This document shows positions 15,216 to 23,209 of a stretch of 35,968 nt of DNA, piece after piece; the stretch's first letter is position 1; each line of letters begins with the position of its first letter. The stretch covers positions 1 to 35,968 of the forward strand of contig DATCXH010001115.1 in NCBI GenBank assembly GCA_036565925.1, in the 5' to 3' direction. This DNA is from Vicinamibacterales bacterium (GTDB lineage Bacteria; Acidobacteriota; Vicinamibacteria; Vicinamibacterales; UBA2999). Position numbers and translations under genes: made by a program. The notes below the pieces were generated by a model, which did not search any database, was not told where the DNA came from, and saw nothing but the letters and a program-made list of their open reading frames with translations.

Positions 15216-16847
15216 GTGGTGATCCGCCGCGGAGTTGTGCTCGCGGTCGTTGCGGTCCTGCTGTTCGCATGGGTCTTTCTATATCGCTTCAACACGCTCG
15301 GCGGCGCACTCGGGGGGTTCGACAACGATCATTTCCTCTACATGACGATCGCCAAGCAGGTACAGGCGGGCGAGCAACCGCTTCGCGACTTCATGGATGG
15401 CGTGCATGGCGCGTGGCCTTCGTTGACCTACGAGTTCTCTGCCGCTGCGCAACGGCTTCTCGGCAACAACCTTCGTTCAGAGGCGTGGCTGACCGTCGGT
15501 GGCGTTGCACTCGGCGCGACAGCGACGTTTCTCGCCGCCAGTCTGATCGCGCCCTGGCCTTGGGCGCTGTCGACGGCGGTAGTGTCGGCACTGTTGTCGC
15601 CCAAGCTCTACGGATATCCCAAGGTCGTCGTCACCGCGTTCGCCGTTCTGCTGATCATCAGTTACGCGCGGCGTCCGATATGGGCGCTGCTCGTCGCAAT
15701 GAGCATCTGGACCGCGGCCGCGTTTCTCTTCAGACACGATTACAGCGTTTACTGCGCGGTCGGCTTCGGTGCGGTGATTGGTCTGGCTGGCGACACTCCA
15801 TGGCATCGTCGCATCACACGTGGCGTCGTCTACGGTCTTCTCACCGCCCTCCTGCTGGCGCCATCGCTATGGTGGATTCAGCGCTATCGGGGGATCGGCG
15901 AGTACGTGCGCAACTCCCTGGAGATGAGCCGCAACGAGTACGAACGGACGCAGATCGGTTGGCCCGTCATCACGCCCGATGGTCTATCGCCGTTCGCGAT
16001 ATTCGGCACCGACGAGAATGCCGAGGCGTGGATTTACTACATGTTTGCCGGCGTCCCGCTGGCCGTGCTGGTGCTCAGCGCATGGAAGGTGCGCAAGCCA
16101 CCGACCAATCCCGATGCCGTCGCGCTCATCGCCGTCAGCCTGATGACAGCGGCGCTGTGGTACTCCTTCCTGCGTGGGAACCTGTCGGCGCGCTTCGGCG
16201 ATATGGCGCCACCGGTCGCCGTGCTCGGTGCGTTTCTACTCTTTCGAAGCACCAGCGGTTGGCCATCGCGGCGTGCGATGTTCACAACGGCGCTCGCTGT
16301 GGCCGGGTTCGTACTGACCGTATTGTGCGCGTCCCGTACGGGCAGTGTCGTCAGCGAACTGTGGACGTCGCGTCTGCTCGAGCCTCGTGACACGTTGGCG
16401 CGCATGTCACACATCTCCACTGAGCTGGCCGCGATGCCACAGTCGCTGCGTGAGGCCCAGGCGGCAGATCGGATGCAGGCCGCCGATTACCTGCACCGCT
16501 GCACGCGGCCGACCGATCGTGCGCTGGTTGTCGGCTACTACACCGACGTGCTGGCGTTTGCCGAGCGGCTGTTCGCTGGTGGACGAGCGGCATTCGTCGT
16601 GGGGTTCTACGCCGACGATCGCTACATGCGGGAGACGATCGCCAGGCTCGAGTCGCAATCGGTGCCCATCGTGCTTGGTGGTGCCGAAGTCGACTACCAG
16701 GAGTTCCATCTCCTCGGCGATTACCTTCATGCTCGCTACGACCATGTCGGCGAGGTCTCGTCGAGTGAAGGCCCACTACGGGTGTTCGTGCGTCGCGGAC
16801 GCGTCGGTACACCATCCGGACCCAATGGGCTTCCGTGCTTCGGATGA
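15216..16847 (+). CDS. Polytopic membrane protein, GT-C-like architecture (paralog 4 of 4; tandem duplicate of paralog 3)
   Basis: GTG at 15216 or 15219, immediately after the upstream TGA (15212..15214). NDHF is at 15324..15335, followed by GEQPLRDF, FLFRHDY and MSRNEYER. The C-terminal domain carries ALVVGYYTDVLAFAERLFAGGRAAFVVGFYADDRY and the protein ends GLPCFG. Confidence 0.8.
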   Translation: MVIRRGVVLAVVAVLLFAWVFLYRFNTLGGALGGFDNDHFLYMTIAKQVQAGEQPLRDFMDGVHGAWPSLTYEFSAAAQRLLGNNLRSEAWLTVGGVALGATATFLAASLIAPWPWALSTAVVSALLSPKLYGYPKVVVTAFAVLLIISYARRPIWALLVAMSIWTAAAFLFRHDYSVYCAVGFGAVIGLAGDTPWHRRITRGVVYGLLTALLLAPSLWWIQRYRGIGEYVRNSLEMSRNEYERTQIGWPVITPDGLSPFAIFGTDENAEAWIYYMFAGVPLAVLVLSAWKVRKPPTNPDAVALIAVSLMTAALWYSFLRGNLSARFGDMAPPVAVLGAFLLFRSTSGWPSRRAMFTTALAVAGFVLTVLCASRTGSVVSELWTSRLLEPRDTLARMSHISTELAAMPQSLREAQAADRMQAADYLHRCTRPTDRALVVGYYTDVLAFAERLFAGGRAAFVVGFYADDRYMRETIARLESQSVPIVLGGAEVDYQEFHLLGDYLHARYDHVGEVSSSEGPLRVFVRRGRVGTPSGPNGLPCFG

Positions 16848-17332
16848 ATTCTGATCAGCACACCGAGCTCGGATGGCTGCACGTGATTCCGCTGGTCGTG
16901 ATCGGCGTGCTGGCAGTCGTGCTCTGGCGACCTGCTCCGGATCCGCCGCCATCCGAGGAGCAGGAAGCGAAGATCGCGGATCTCGCCGCGCGACTGGGTT
17001 CGCTCTCGTCGAGCGCAAGCGACATTGACGATCGGCTGCGCTCGTTCGGACCGTTTCCGCCGGACGCGAAGGCGAGCCGCGCGCTGGCCGATGCGCTGAT
17101 TGCGTGTGGAACTGCAAGACTCGATGATTCTCGTCGCCGGCAGCTGGCGAGACAGCTCTTCAGTATCACCGTCATCGGCGACCATCGCGCTGAAACGGTG
17201 CCTGCGGCATTACTTGGCATAGAGCGATCGGTCGGGACGTCTGGATGCGCTCCGGCAGCGATCGACCAGATCGTGAGGACGGCGAGGGCCGTGGCCAGCA
17301 CGGATCCTTCTCCGCGCCGCGACTGGTGGTAA
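16844..17332 (+). CDS. Small membrane-anchored hypothetical protein
   Basis: The ATG at 16844 overlaps the upstream TGA (ATGA). It has one N-terminal TM segment (WLHVIPLVVIGVLAVVLW), a Pro-rich linker and a soluble tail. Third-position GC bias is consistent with coding. No recognisable domain. Confidence 0.5.
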   Translation: MNSDQHTELGWLHVIPLVVIGVLAVVLWRPAPDPPPSEEQEAKIADLAARLGSLSSSASDIDDRLRSFGPFPPDAKASRALADALIACGTARLDDSRRRQLARQLFSITVIGDHRAETVPAALLGIERSVGTSGCAPAAIDQIVRTARAVASTDPSPRRDWW

Positions 17333-17403
17333 AGAAAGGCCGGGTTTCTACCGATGTCGTGGTCAGGTAAGATGATCCCTTCGCTGACAAGCTCATACTC
17401 ACG

Positions 17404-18327
17404 ATGATTGATTGCATTGCGGGTTATCACCTGAATCCCTGGACCTGTGGAATCGCCAAATTCAACGCGATTCTCGCCAAATATCTCGGGGTTCCGGTGG
17501 TTGGACTCGGCGCTGTCGAGCTCGGCAGTCACAGGCGCCCGTTGCTCTCGATCAAGCTGTCGGAGTTCAGCTCGGCTGATGCCGCCGAGCTGGATCTCTG
17601 GGCGAGTTCGAGAGCCGGTGAGTTCGAATTGTTTCTGCACGCGTTCGACGGAACCGAGGTCGAGCAGCGTCTCGTCGCCGCGGCCGCGAAGGTCTATTGC
17701 GGCAACAGTGAGCTCTTCACCGAGCTCCAGACAATGCGCCCCGACATCCAGGAGCTGTTTTGTCCCGGCACGATTCTGAATCCGCAGCGGTTCCAGCGGA
17801 CGGAGCTGTCGGTGTTCACGTTCGGCATGGCGCACAAAATTCGCGTGCCGCTCTATCGCCGACTGCACGATCTGCTCGAAGCGACCGGGCAGAGCTACTC
17901 GGTGTACGTGTCAACGGCGCTCCATGAGAACACCAGCTTCGATGGCTCCTTCGTCGTGCGGTTCGAGGAGCTCCAATCGATCTTCAACGGACAGGTCTAC
18001 TTCATGGGGTACCTGTCCGATACGGCGGTCTTCAATCACCTGATGGACTGTACGTTCCTCGCCGCCTTCTTCGAGAAGGGCCTGCGCGCGAACAACACGA
18101 CCGTGAATGCGGCAATGGAAGTCGGCTGTGCGGTGATCACCAACCTTGACGAGCACTCGCCGGTTGGCCTGGCCCACATGCACAACGTGATCGACATCAA
18201 TCTCTGCGAGCGTCTGCCCGATACGGAGCAGACGCAGCGCATCGGCCGCGCCGCACGCGAGATCGCGCACGGCCAATACGGATGGGACCAGCTCGTCGCG
18301 CAGCTGCGGCCCGTCGTTCGAACCTGA
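17404..18327 (+). CDS. Divergent GT-B-like putative glycosyltransferase
   Basis: The C-terminal half resembles the GT1/GT4 donor domain (VYFMGYLSDTAVFNHLMDCTFLAAFFEKGLRANNTTVNAAMEVGCAVITN). It is preceded by a 71-nt, visibly lower-GC spacer. Preferred over the antisense ORF 16855..17868. Confidence 0.65.
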   Translation: MIDCIAGYHLNPWTCGIAKFNAILAKYLGVPVVGLGAVELGSHRRPLLSIKLSEFSSADAAELDLWASSRAGEFELFLHAFDGTEVEQRLVAAAAKVYCGNSELFTELQTMRPDIQELFCPGTILNPQRFQRTELSVFTFGMAHKIRVPLYRRLHDLLEATGQSYSVYVSTALHENTSFDGSFVVRFEELQSIFNGQVYFMGYLSDTAVFNHLMDCTFLAAFFEKGLRANNTTVNAAMEVGCAVITNLDEHSPVGLAHMHNVIDINLCERLPDTEQTQRIGRAAREIAHGQYGWDQLVAQLRPVVRT

Positions 18328-18364
18328 CAGAGGGGCGAGGCACGTCTCGCTCGACGGAGACTCA

Positions 18365-19441
18365 ATGGCACGCACACTGAAGATCGGCGCGCGCGAGATT
18401 GGCGATCACACCCCGTGTTACGTGATCGCCGAGATCGGACATAACCACCAGGGCAGCCTCGACAAAGCACGTGAGTTGTTTCGCGAGGCCAAGCTGGCCG
18501 GCGCGCACGCCGTAAAGCTGCAGAAGCGCGACAACCGCGGGCTCTACACCCGCGCCGCCTACGAGAAGCCGTACGACAACGAAAACAGCTTTGGGGCGAC
18601 CTACGGCGAGCACCGCGAGTTCCTCGAATTCGGCAAGGACGAATACGTCGCGTTGCAGGCCTATGCGAAAGAGCTGGGCATCGACTTCTTCTCGACGGCG
18701 TTCGATATCGCCAGTGCCGACTTTCTCGAGTCGCTGAATGTGCCGGCTTACAAGATCGCCTCAGGCGATCTCAAGAGCGTGCCGCTCCTGAAGCACGTGG
18801 CCGCGTTCGGGAAGCCAATGATAGTCTCGACCGGTGGCGCATTGCTCGAGGATGTGAAGCGCGCGTACGACGCCATCCTGCCGATCAATCCGAACCTGGC
18901 GATCCTGCAGTGCACGGCGGGATATCCGGCGGCCTTTGAAGAGCTCGACCTGCGAGTGATCAGCACCTACCGCGAGCATTTTCCGAAGGCGACCGTTGGT
19001 TTCTCGAGCCACGACAACGGTATCGCGATGCCGGTTGCCGCCTACATGCTCGGGGCGCGCATCATCGAGAAACACTTCACGTTGAATCGCGCGATGAAGG
19101 GCACCGACCATGCGTTCTCGCTCGAACCGGTCGGTCTCCGCAAGTTGGTCCGCGACCTCGATCGCACGTTCAAGGCGATGGGCGACGGCAAGAAGAAGCT
19201 CTACGAGAGCGAACGCGCGCCGATCATCAAAATGGGCAAGAGCCTCGTCGTCGCGCGCAATCTGCCCAGCGGTCACGTGATCGGTCCGAACGACGTGGTC
19301 ATGAAATCGCCCGGTGGTGGCATCCCGCCGTACGATCTCGACAAGGTCATCGGCCGAGTGACGCTCAAGCCGCTGCATGAGGATGACTTCCTCACCTTCG
19401 ACGTCCTGAGCAAGGCAGACGCCGAATTCGCCCGTTCGTGA
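18365..19441 (+). CDS. neuB: NeuB-family nonulosonic acid synthase with C-terminal SAF domain, resembling animal-type sialic acid / KDN 9-phosphate synthase (NANS)
   Basis: CYVIAEIGHNHQGSLDKARELFREAKLAGAHAVKLQKRD, PYDNENSFGATYGEHREFLEF, ILQCTAGYPAAFEELDLRVI, GFSSHDNGIAMPVAAYMLGARIIEKHFTL, GTDHAFSLEP, and a SAF-like tail (GKSLVVARNLPSGHVI). A GGAGA RBS lies upstream of the ATG. Confidence 0.92.
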   Translation: MARTLKIGAREIGDHTPCYVIAEIGHNHQGSLDKARELFREAKLAGAHAVKLQKRDNRGLYTRAAYEKPYDNENSFGATYGEHREFLEFGKDEYVALQAYAKELGIDFFSTAFDIASADFLESLNVPAYKIASGDLKSVPLLKHVAAFGKPMIVSTGGALLEDVKRAYDAILPINPNLAILQCTAGYPAAFEELDLRVISTYREHFPKATVGFSSHDNGIAMPVAAYMLGARIIEKHFTLNRAMKGTDHAFSLEPVGLRKLVRDLDRTFKAMGDGKKKLYESERAPIIKMGKSLVVARNLPSGHVIGPNDVVMKSPGGGIPPYDLDKVIGRVTLKPLHEDDFLTFDVLSKADAEFARS

Positions 19442-19448
19442 CGCTTCG

Positions 19449-20258
19449 GTGAACGGACGCTTTTCTCTCGACAAGCGTATCGCCGTCGTGACCGGGGCCA
19501 CCGGCAAGCTGGGCGCGGTGTGGACCGAAGCGCTCATCGAAGCCGGCGCCTGCGTTGCCGCACTCGACATCGCCAAGGCGGTGCCGACCGCCAGGTTCGA
19601 GGAGCTGACCAAGCGGGCCGGCAACGCAATCCAGCGCTTCGAGTGCGACATCACGAAGCGTGAATCGATCGAAACCGCCGCGAGCCTGGTCGCCGAGCGC
19701 CTCGGTGAGCCGTCGGTCCTCGTGAACAATGCAGGGATCGATCAGCCGCCGGACAGCCCCGGCGGCCGTCATCACCTGCACCAGCTGCCGATCGACGACT
19801 TCCGCCGCATGGTGGAAGTGAATCTGCTCGGCACGTTCCAGGTGACGCAAGTAGTCGGTGAGCGTATGGCGGCCAATGGCGGTGGTTCGATCATCAACAT
19901 CGGATCGCTCTACGCCTCGGTGTCGCCGGACGCCAACTTCTACGCCCACCTTGCCGGCAACGCGCCGTTCATCAAGTCACCGGCGTATGGGGCATCGAAG
20001 GCAGCGGTTGTGAATATGACCAAGTTCTTCGCGACACACTGGGCGGGTCGCGGCATTCGAGTCAACACGCTGTCGCCCGGAGGTGTGCTGGCCGGTCAGG
20101 ACGAGCAGTTCAAGTCCAAGTACGGCGCGCGCGTGCCGATGGCGCGCATGGCTGAACCTGAAGATCTCAAGGGCCCGTTGATCTTTCTCGCCTCGTCTGC
20201 CTCGTCTTACGTCACCGGCCACGAGCTCCGTGTGGATGGAGGCTTCACCGCATGGTGA
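19449..20258 (+). CDS. Short-chain dehydrogenase/reductase (classical SDR)
   Basis: VVTGATGKLG, NNAGI and YGASKAAV (YxxxK). Length is 269 aa. Confidence 0.9.
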   Translation: MNGRFSLDKRIAVVTGATGKLGAVWTEALIEAGACVAALDIAKAVPTARFEELTKRAGNAIQRFECDITKRESIETAASLVAERLGEPSVLVNNAGIDQPPDSPGGRHHLHQLPIDDFRRMVEVNLLGTFQVTQVVGERMAANGGGSIINIGSLYASVSPDANFYAHLAGNAPFIKSPAYGASKAAVVNMTKFFATHWAGRGIRVNTLSPGGVLAGQDEQFKSKYGARVPMARMAEPEDLKGPLIFLASSASSYVTGHELRVDGGFTAW

Positions 20259-20277
20259 AGCACGGAGGCTTGACGGC

Positions 20278-21474
20278 GTGGTGAAGCACCTGACCGTGGC
20301 GCTCGCGGCCATGGTCATCTTCGGTGCTCTTCACATTACGCTCGGGCGCATCCCCGTTGCCAACGGCGCGGGCTGGGACGGCATCGATTACGTCGCGATG
20401 CTGGAGAAGGGCTGGAAGGCCGGCGGACCAAATACGCAGTTGCGGCCGTTGGTGGTCTGGCTCACGCAACCTGCGTACGTCATGACCGGCTCTGCCGCCC
20501 AGGCGTTCGACATCACCAACTACGCCTTTACCGGTCTGCTGGCGTTTCTGTTTTCGCAGCTGATGGAGTGGTACGGCGCGTCCTCGGTGGCGCGATGGAT
20601 CGCGATCCTCTGCATCAGCGTGTCGAATGCCTATCAACTGCCCGCGTACTACCCAGTGCTGATCGATCTTGGCGGGCACGCGATGATGGCACTGGCGATG
20701 TGGCACATCATCGCCGGACCACGATGGGCAGCAGGCGGCGCTTCTATCGCTGCGGTCCTGTCACGCGAGTATGCGCCGGTCGTCCTGATCTTCGGTGCGT
20801 GGCGCGATCGTCATCTTCGCGTTCCCTTGACGACAACGCTGGCCACGTATGGTCCTGCGGCGCTGGTTTACGTGGCCGTGCGAGTGATTGTGGTTGCGCG
20901 AGCGACGGCGGAAGGAAACACGCTGCAGACATTCATCCGCAATACCGGTTTGTGGAGCGGGCCGTTGTTCCCGGCGTTCTATTTCTATTTCTTGCTGACC
21001 ATCGCCGGCGGCGTGTCGCTGGTGCTCGCCGCGCAGCCGCAGCGCTGCTGGCGCGTCATTCGGGAAGAGCCCGAGTGGCTCGGGTTTGCGGTGCCCATTA
21101 TTCTCGTCACTGCGCTGGTGGGGATCGATATCTGGCGGTATCTCACCGCGTTGACGCCGCTGATCGTCGTGCTGTTCGCGCGATGTTCGCAGGAGTGGCG
21201 GCCACGTCAGGCAATGGTGCTGATGTCGGCCGTCGTGGTGTTGACGCTCGTGACGCAAATGCCATTTCAGGGAATGGACCTGACGCGATACTTTACGGAG
21301 TGGTTTCCGTACTACGCCTGGACCAACGCAGTGCCTGCGGACGTGTCTGTCACGCGCGACATGCTCTGGCCAGGGTGGACGTGGAGGTTCGCGGCCGTGG
21401 CGCTGGCGCTTGGTGCGCTGATCGCGTATGCCAACGGTCGTGGACGCAGTGCACTGGTGACCCAGCGTGCATGA
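20278..21474 (+). CDS. Polytopic integral membrane protein of unknown function
   Basis: GTG at 20278 with GGAGG 9 nt upstream; the track start at 20230 overlaps the SDR gene. About 10 hydrophobic segments. The first loop carries GWDGIDYVAM. No soluble domain. Confidence 0.7.
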   Translation: MVKHLTVALAAMVIFGALHITLGRIPVANGAGWDGIDYVAMLEKGWKAGGPNTQLRPLVVWLTQPAYVMTGSAAQAFDITNYAFTGLLAFLFSQLMEWYGASSVARWIAILCISVSNAYQLPAYYPVLIDLGGHAMMALAMWHIIAGPRWAAGGASIAAVLSREYAPVVLIFGAWRDRHLRVPLTTTLATYGPAALVYVAVRVIVVARATAEGNTLQTFIRNTGLWSGPLFPAFYFYFLLTIAGGVSLVLAAQPQRCWRVIREEPEWLGFAVPIILVTALVGIDIWRYLTALTPLIVVLFARCSQEWRPRQAMVLMSAVVVLTLVTQMPFQGMDLTRYFTEWFPYYAWTNAVPADVSVTRDMLWPGWTWRFAAVALALGALIAYANGRGRSALVTQRA

Positions 21475-22967
21475 CACGAAGAAGAGAATCTGTGAGCATT
21501 GATCTCTCGATCCCGTCGATTGTTCCGAACCAGATGGGCGGCCACGACCGTGGCGCCGCCGACAACCGCACGTTTGCCAAGATGGATCCGGCGACCGGCC
21601 GCGAGTGCTGCCGCGTGGCGCGCTCGAGCGCGGCTGACGTGAACTCCGCCGTCGAGTGTGCGAGGAAGGCGCAGCCGGCGTGGGCGGCGACGACCGTCGT
21701 CAAGCGCGGCGAGATACTTCGGCGGATCGCCATCCTGATGCAGGAGCATCGCAACGCGATCGCCGATCTCGTGGCGCGCGAGACCGGCAAGTCCCGCAAG
21801 GACGCACTCGGCGAGACGGATGCGGCGATCGAGATGGGATTCTTCGTCGCTGGCGAGGGCCGTCGTTTCTACGGTCAGACGACAACGAGCGCCGTGCCGA
21901 ACAAGAGCGCGATGATCGTCCGGCAGCCGCTCGGCGTCGCCGGTCTCATCATCGCCGCGAACACGCCGATTGCCAACGTGGCGTGGAAAGCATTTCCGGC
22001 GCTGCTCTGTGGCAACTCCGCGATCCTGAAAGCTGCTGAAGACACTCCGCTCTCTGCCTGGGCGTTCGGCGTGCTCGCGCGCGAAGCCGGCATTCCTGAA
22101 GGTGTGTACACGACGCTGCACGGCTTCGGCGAAGAAGCTGGTGCGCCGCTCGTCGATCATCCCGACGTCGCGATCGTCAGCTTCACGGGATCGTGCGAGG
22201 TCGGCCGCTGGATCGCCGAAACCGCCGGCCGGCGCCTTGCGAAGACGTGCCTCGAGCTTGGCGGCAAGAACCCCTTGATCGTCTGCGATGATGCGGATTT
22301 GCAGAATGCGGTGACCTGGACACTCGGCTCGGCGTTCAGTAACGCGGGCCAGCGTTGCGCGGCCGGCAGCCGCATCATCGTTTTCGAGCAGGTGTACGAT
22401 CGTTTCAAGGCGATGCTCGTCGATGCGACTCGCAAGCTGAAAGTGGGAACCTCCGACAGTGACGACTACGGCCCGGTTATCAACGAAGACCAGATGAAGA
22501 ACATGCTCGCCGCAGTCACGCGCGCGAAGGCGGCGGGTGCGACTGTGATCACCGGCGGCGAGCGCTTGACCGGACCCTCATACGGCGACGGTTATTTCGT
22601 TGCGCCGACGTTGATCGAGAACGTGGGCCTCAACGACGAGATCACCCGCAGCGAGCTGTTCGGCCCGATCACGTGTCTCTATCGCGTGTCGAATTTCGAC
22701 GAGGCGATTGCGCTGGCGAACGATTCACCTTTCGGACTCACCGCATCGATTCATACGCAGAACATCAATCGCGCGATGACGTTCCTGAACCGGATTCAAT
22801 CCGGCGTAGCCGTCGTGAACGGTGGCACCTACGGCAGCGAGCCGCACCTGCCATTCGGCGGACTGCGTCAGTCGGGCAATGGCTGGCGTGAAGCCGGCAC
22901 GCAGGCAATCGACGTCTACTCAGATCTGAAGACGATCTACATCAATCACAACCCGAGTGCGGTGTGA
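21471..22967 (+). CDS. NAD(P)-dependent aldehyde dehydrogenase
   Basis: The ATG at 21471 overlaps the upstream TGA (ATGA). FTGSCEVGRWI, ELGGKNP (catalytic Glu), GQRCAAGSR (catalytic Cys) and ELFGPI. The track ORF start at 20568 is an upstream same-frame extension across the membrane gene. Confidence 0.92.
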   Translation: MTRRRESVSIDLSIPSIVPNQMGGHDRGAADNRTFAKMDPATGRECCRVARSSAADVNSAVECARKAQPAWAATTVVKRGEILRRIAILMQEHRNAIADLVARETGKSRKDALGETDAAIEMGFFVAGEGRRFYGQTTTSAVPNKSAMIVRQPLGVAGLIIAANTPIANVAWKAFPALLCGNSAILKAAEDTPLSAWAFGVLAREAGIPEGVYTTLHGFGEEAGAPLVDHPDVAIVSFTGSCEVGRWIAETAGRRLAKTCLELGGKNPLIVCDDADLQNAVTWTLGSAFSNAGQRCAAGSRIIVFEQVYDRFKAMLVDATRKLKVGTSDSDDYGPVINEDQMKNMLAAVTRAKAAGATVITGGERLTGPSYGDGYFVAPTLIENVGLNDEITRSELFGPITCLYRVSNFDEAIALANDSPFGLTASIHTQNINRAMTFLNRIQSGVAVVNGGTYGSEPHLPFGGLRQSGNGWREAGTQAIDVYSDLKTIYINHNPSAV

Positions 22968-22982
22968 ACATGGCAGTCCCAG

Positions 22983-23209
22983 GTTCCATGTTCCAAGTTC
23001 CCGGTTCGTGTTCGAGGTTCCCCGGTTCGTGTTCGAGGTTCCGGTGTTCCAGCTTCGGCGTTCGCTGTTCGAAGAGGACATGGCTGGCTCGAGGGCGAAA
23101 TCTGACCCGGAACCCTGAACGGCGCACCCGAACCCGGAACCCTGAACCGCGAACCCTGAACTCCGAACTTCGAACGCGAACCCGGAACCTGGAACATGGA
23201 ACGCGGAAC
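22983..23209. repeat. Inverted array of ~7-nt-period GTTC (left arm) and GAAC (right arm) repeats forming a long imperfect palindrome
   Basis: By my count there are 12 GTTC units at 22983..23070 and 14 GAAC units at 23110..23209. A perfect 21-bp tandem duplication (CCGGTTCGTGTTCGAGGTTCC) occupies 23001..23021 and 23022..23042. The outer arms (22982..23001 vs 23185..23203) are complementary with about one mismatch. The array fills the whole ALDH-to-cytidylyltransferase spacer and overlaps the ATG at 23196. Confidence 0.85.

Noticed and set aside
2943-16847. Calling the four NDHF-motif paralogs specifically ArnT, PMT or oligosaccharyltransferase orthologs, or naming the organism or phylum.
   Set aside because: Only the architecture and acidic-loop logic match GT-C enzymes. 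I could not recognise family-specific signatures such as WWDYG. Taxonomy cannot be established from composition alone.
22983-23209. Whether the repeat array could be a CRISPR array or a set of LexA (Cheo-box GAAC-N4-GTTC) operators.
   Set aside because: The repeat units are about 7 nt with no unique spacers, so this is not CRISPR. GAAC and GTTC motifs are segregated into opposite arms, and I saw no GAAC-N4-GTTC palindrome within either arm.
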